DNA of 24,000 bases. Source: an archaeon (lineage in GTDB: Archaea > Iainarchaeota > Iainarchaeia > Iainarchaeales > JAAZKV01). The notes beneath the pieces are model-generated. The model ran no database searches and was not told the origin of the DNA. It worked only from the letters and a program-made list of their open reading frames with translations. The position numbers and the translations under genes were made by a program. Below are positions 23,576 through 24,000 of this stretch, in pieces. The stretch is from the NCBI GenBank assembly GCA_036170245.1, contig JAVHOV010000025.1:10425-34424 (forward strand). The letters run 5' to 3'. Positions within the stretch are counted from its first letter, which is position 1. Each line of letters starts with the position of its first letter.

Positions 23576-24000
23576 TCATTCATTTGAAGAAATCAAAACT
23601 GATTCAACTTTTTCGTTTTCACCTAATGAAAGAAGTTCAAACACTCTTCTAGTATCAAATTCCTTGAGCCCAGCTTCATCAACATTCTTCTCCAAAATAT
23701 TAACCCCAAAATCAACTACACTCTTTTTTTCATTCTGAATTGATTTTAGTGATTCAATTTTCTTGATAAATGATTCAACAGAAAAATCCTTTGAAATAGA
23801 AAGAACTGCTTTATCTTTATAATTTGAAACATCAAGAGAAACATCTGATTGAGAAAATCCTTTTGCAAGAGAGCCAAAAAGTTTTATCCTTACAAGGGGT
23901 TTAACTTCAAACTCGTGCGAAAGCAATTCTTTGATTTTATCATTAAATGCATTAACAACATCCTGCGGTTTTGCATTAGTAAACTTCATTTTTTCATAAA
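23576..24000 (-). CDS. Hypothetical protein; the ORF stays open to the right window edge and may be the C-terminal part of a larger protein
   Basis: The track gives 137 aa from the ATG at 23989, but the same frame stays open through 24000 (...YEK-MKFTNAKPQ...). A different frame ends with a TGA that overlaps this ATG (ATGA), so an abutting upstream gene is equally possible. No family assigned. Confidence 0.5.
   Translation of the reverse strand, partial: YEKMKFTNAKPQDVVNAFNDKIKELLSHEFEVKPLVRIKLFGSLAKGFSQSDVSLDVSNYKDKAVLSISKDFSVESFIKKIESLKSIQNEKKSVVDFGVNILEKNVDEAGLKEFDTRRVFELLSLGENEKVESVLISSNE

Noticed and set aside
23576-23989. Nucleotidyltransferase (MNT)-like motif 'LFGSLAKGFSQSDVSLDV' in the 137-aa ORF; also a vague resemblance to an Mre11 C-terminal region
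   Set aside because: The acidic pair does not fit hG[GS]x9-13Dh[DE]h, because the sequence reads D-V-S-L-D and not DxD. The Mre11 idea rests only on an unreliable recollection, and no rad50 gene follows. It is left as hypothetical.
1-24000. CRISPR arrays, IS elements or transposases, integrases, rRNA, C/D-box sRNAs, inteins
   Set aside because: I saw no regularly spaced repeats. No DDE, serine or tyrosine recombinase motifs appear in any frame. Every RTGATGA-like C-box match lies inside a CDS and has no paired D box. MCM and Top6 have normal lengths with no intein blocks.

Overview
This is an AT-rich, very gene-dense chromosomal segment from an archaeon. The compact proteins, low GC and use of GGTG/GGAGG Shine-Dalgarno motifs fit a DPANN-like lineage, but that placement is inference only. 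All calls come from reading the supplied translations and the DNA by eye; no searches were run. Most of the window is core information processing. It holds the L15e-Rpp30-Pop5 end of the archaeal exosome/RNase P cluster; the Pop5 ORF runs off the left edge and is absent from the ORF track. It also holds a TtuA/NcsA-type tRNA thiolase, SmAP, aIF5A, a ThiI-like PP-loop protein, HIT, MCM, a presenilin-type protease, aIF2-beta, DUF424, aIF1A, Rio1, a KH protein and topoisomerase VI B+A. I recognised no rRNA, tRNA, CRISPR array, transposase or integrase. The best candidate for an undescribed system is the co-directional minus-strand block at 3421-8066. It contains a PATAN/DUF4388-like protein, a Roadblock/LC7-like protein and a MinD-type ATPase with a bacterial-style C-terminal amphipathic helix. 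No small GTPase is present. The block is flanked by a translationally coupled Sm gene, a 565-aa coiled-coil protein and an NYN protein. Secondary leads are a 93-aa protein that looks like a single TBP repeat next to a THUMP-less ThiI, a three-gene cluster of unassignable HTH-rich proteins at the right edge, a 197-aa globular orphan, and an unusually long 306-bp repeat-bearing spacer upstream of mcm.
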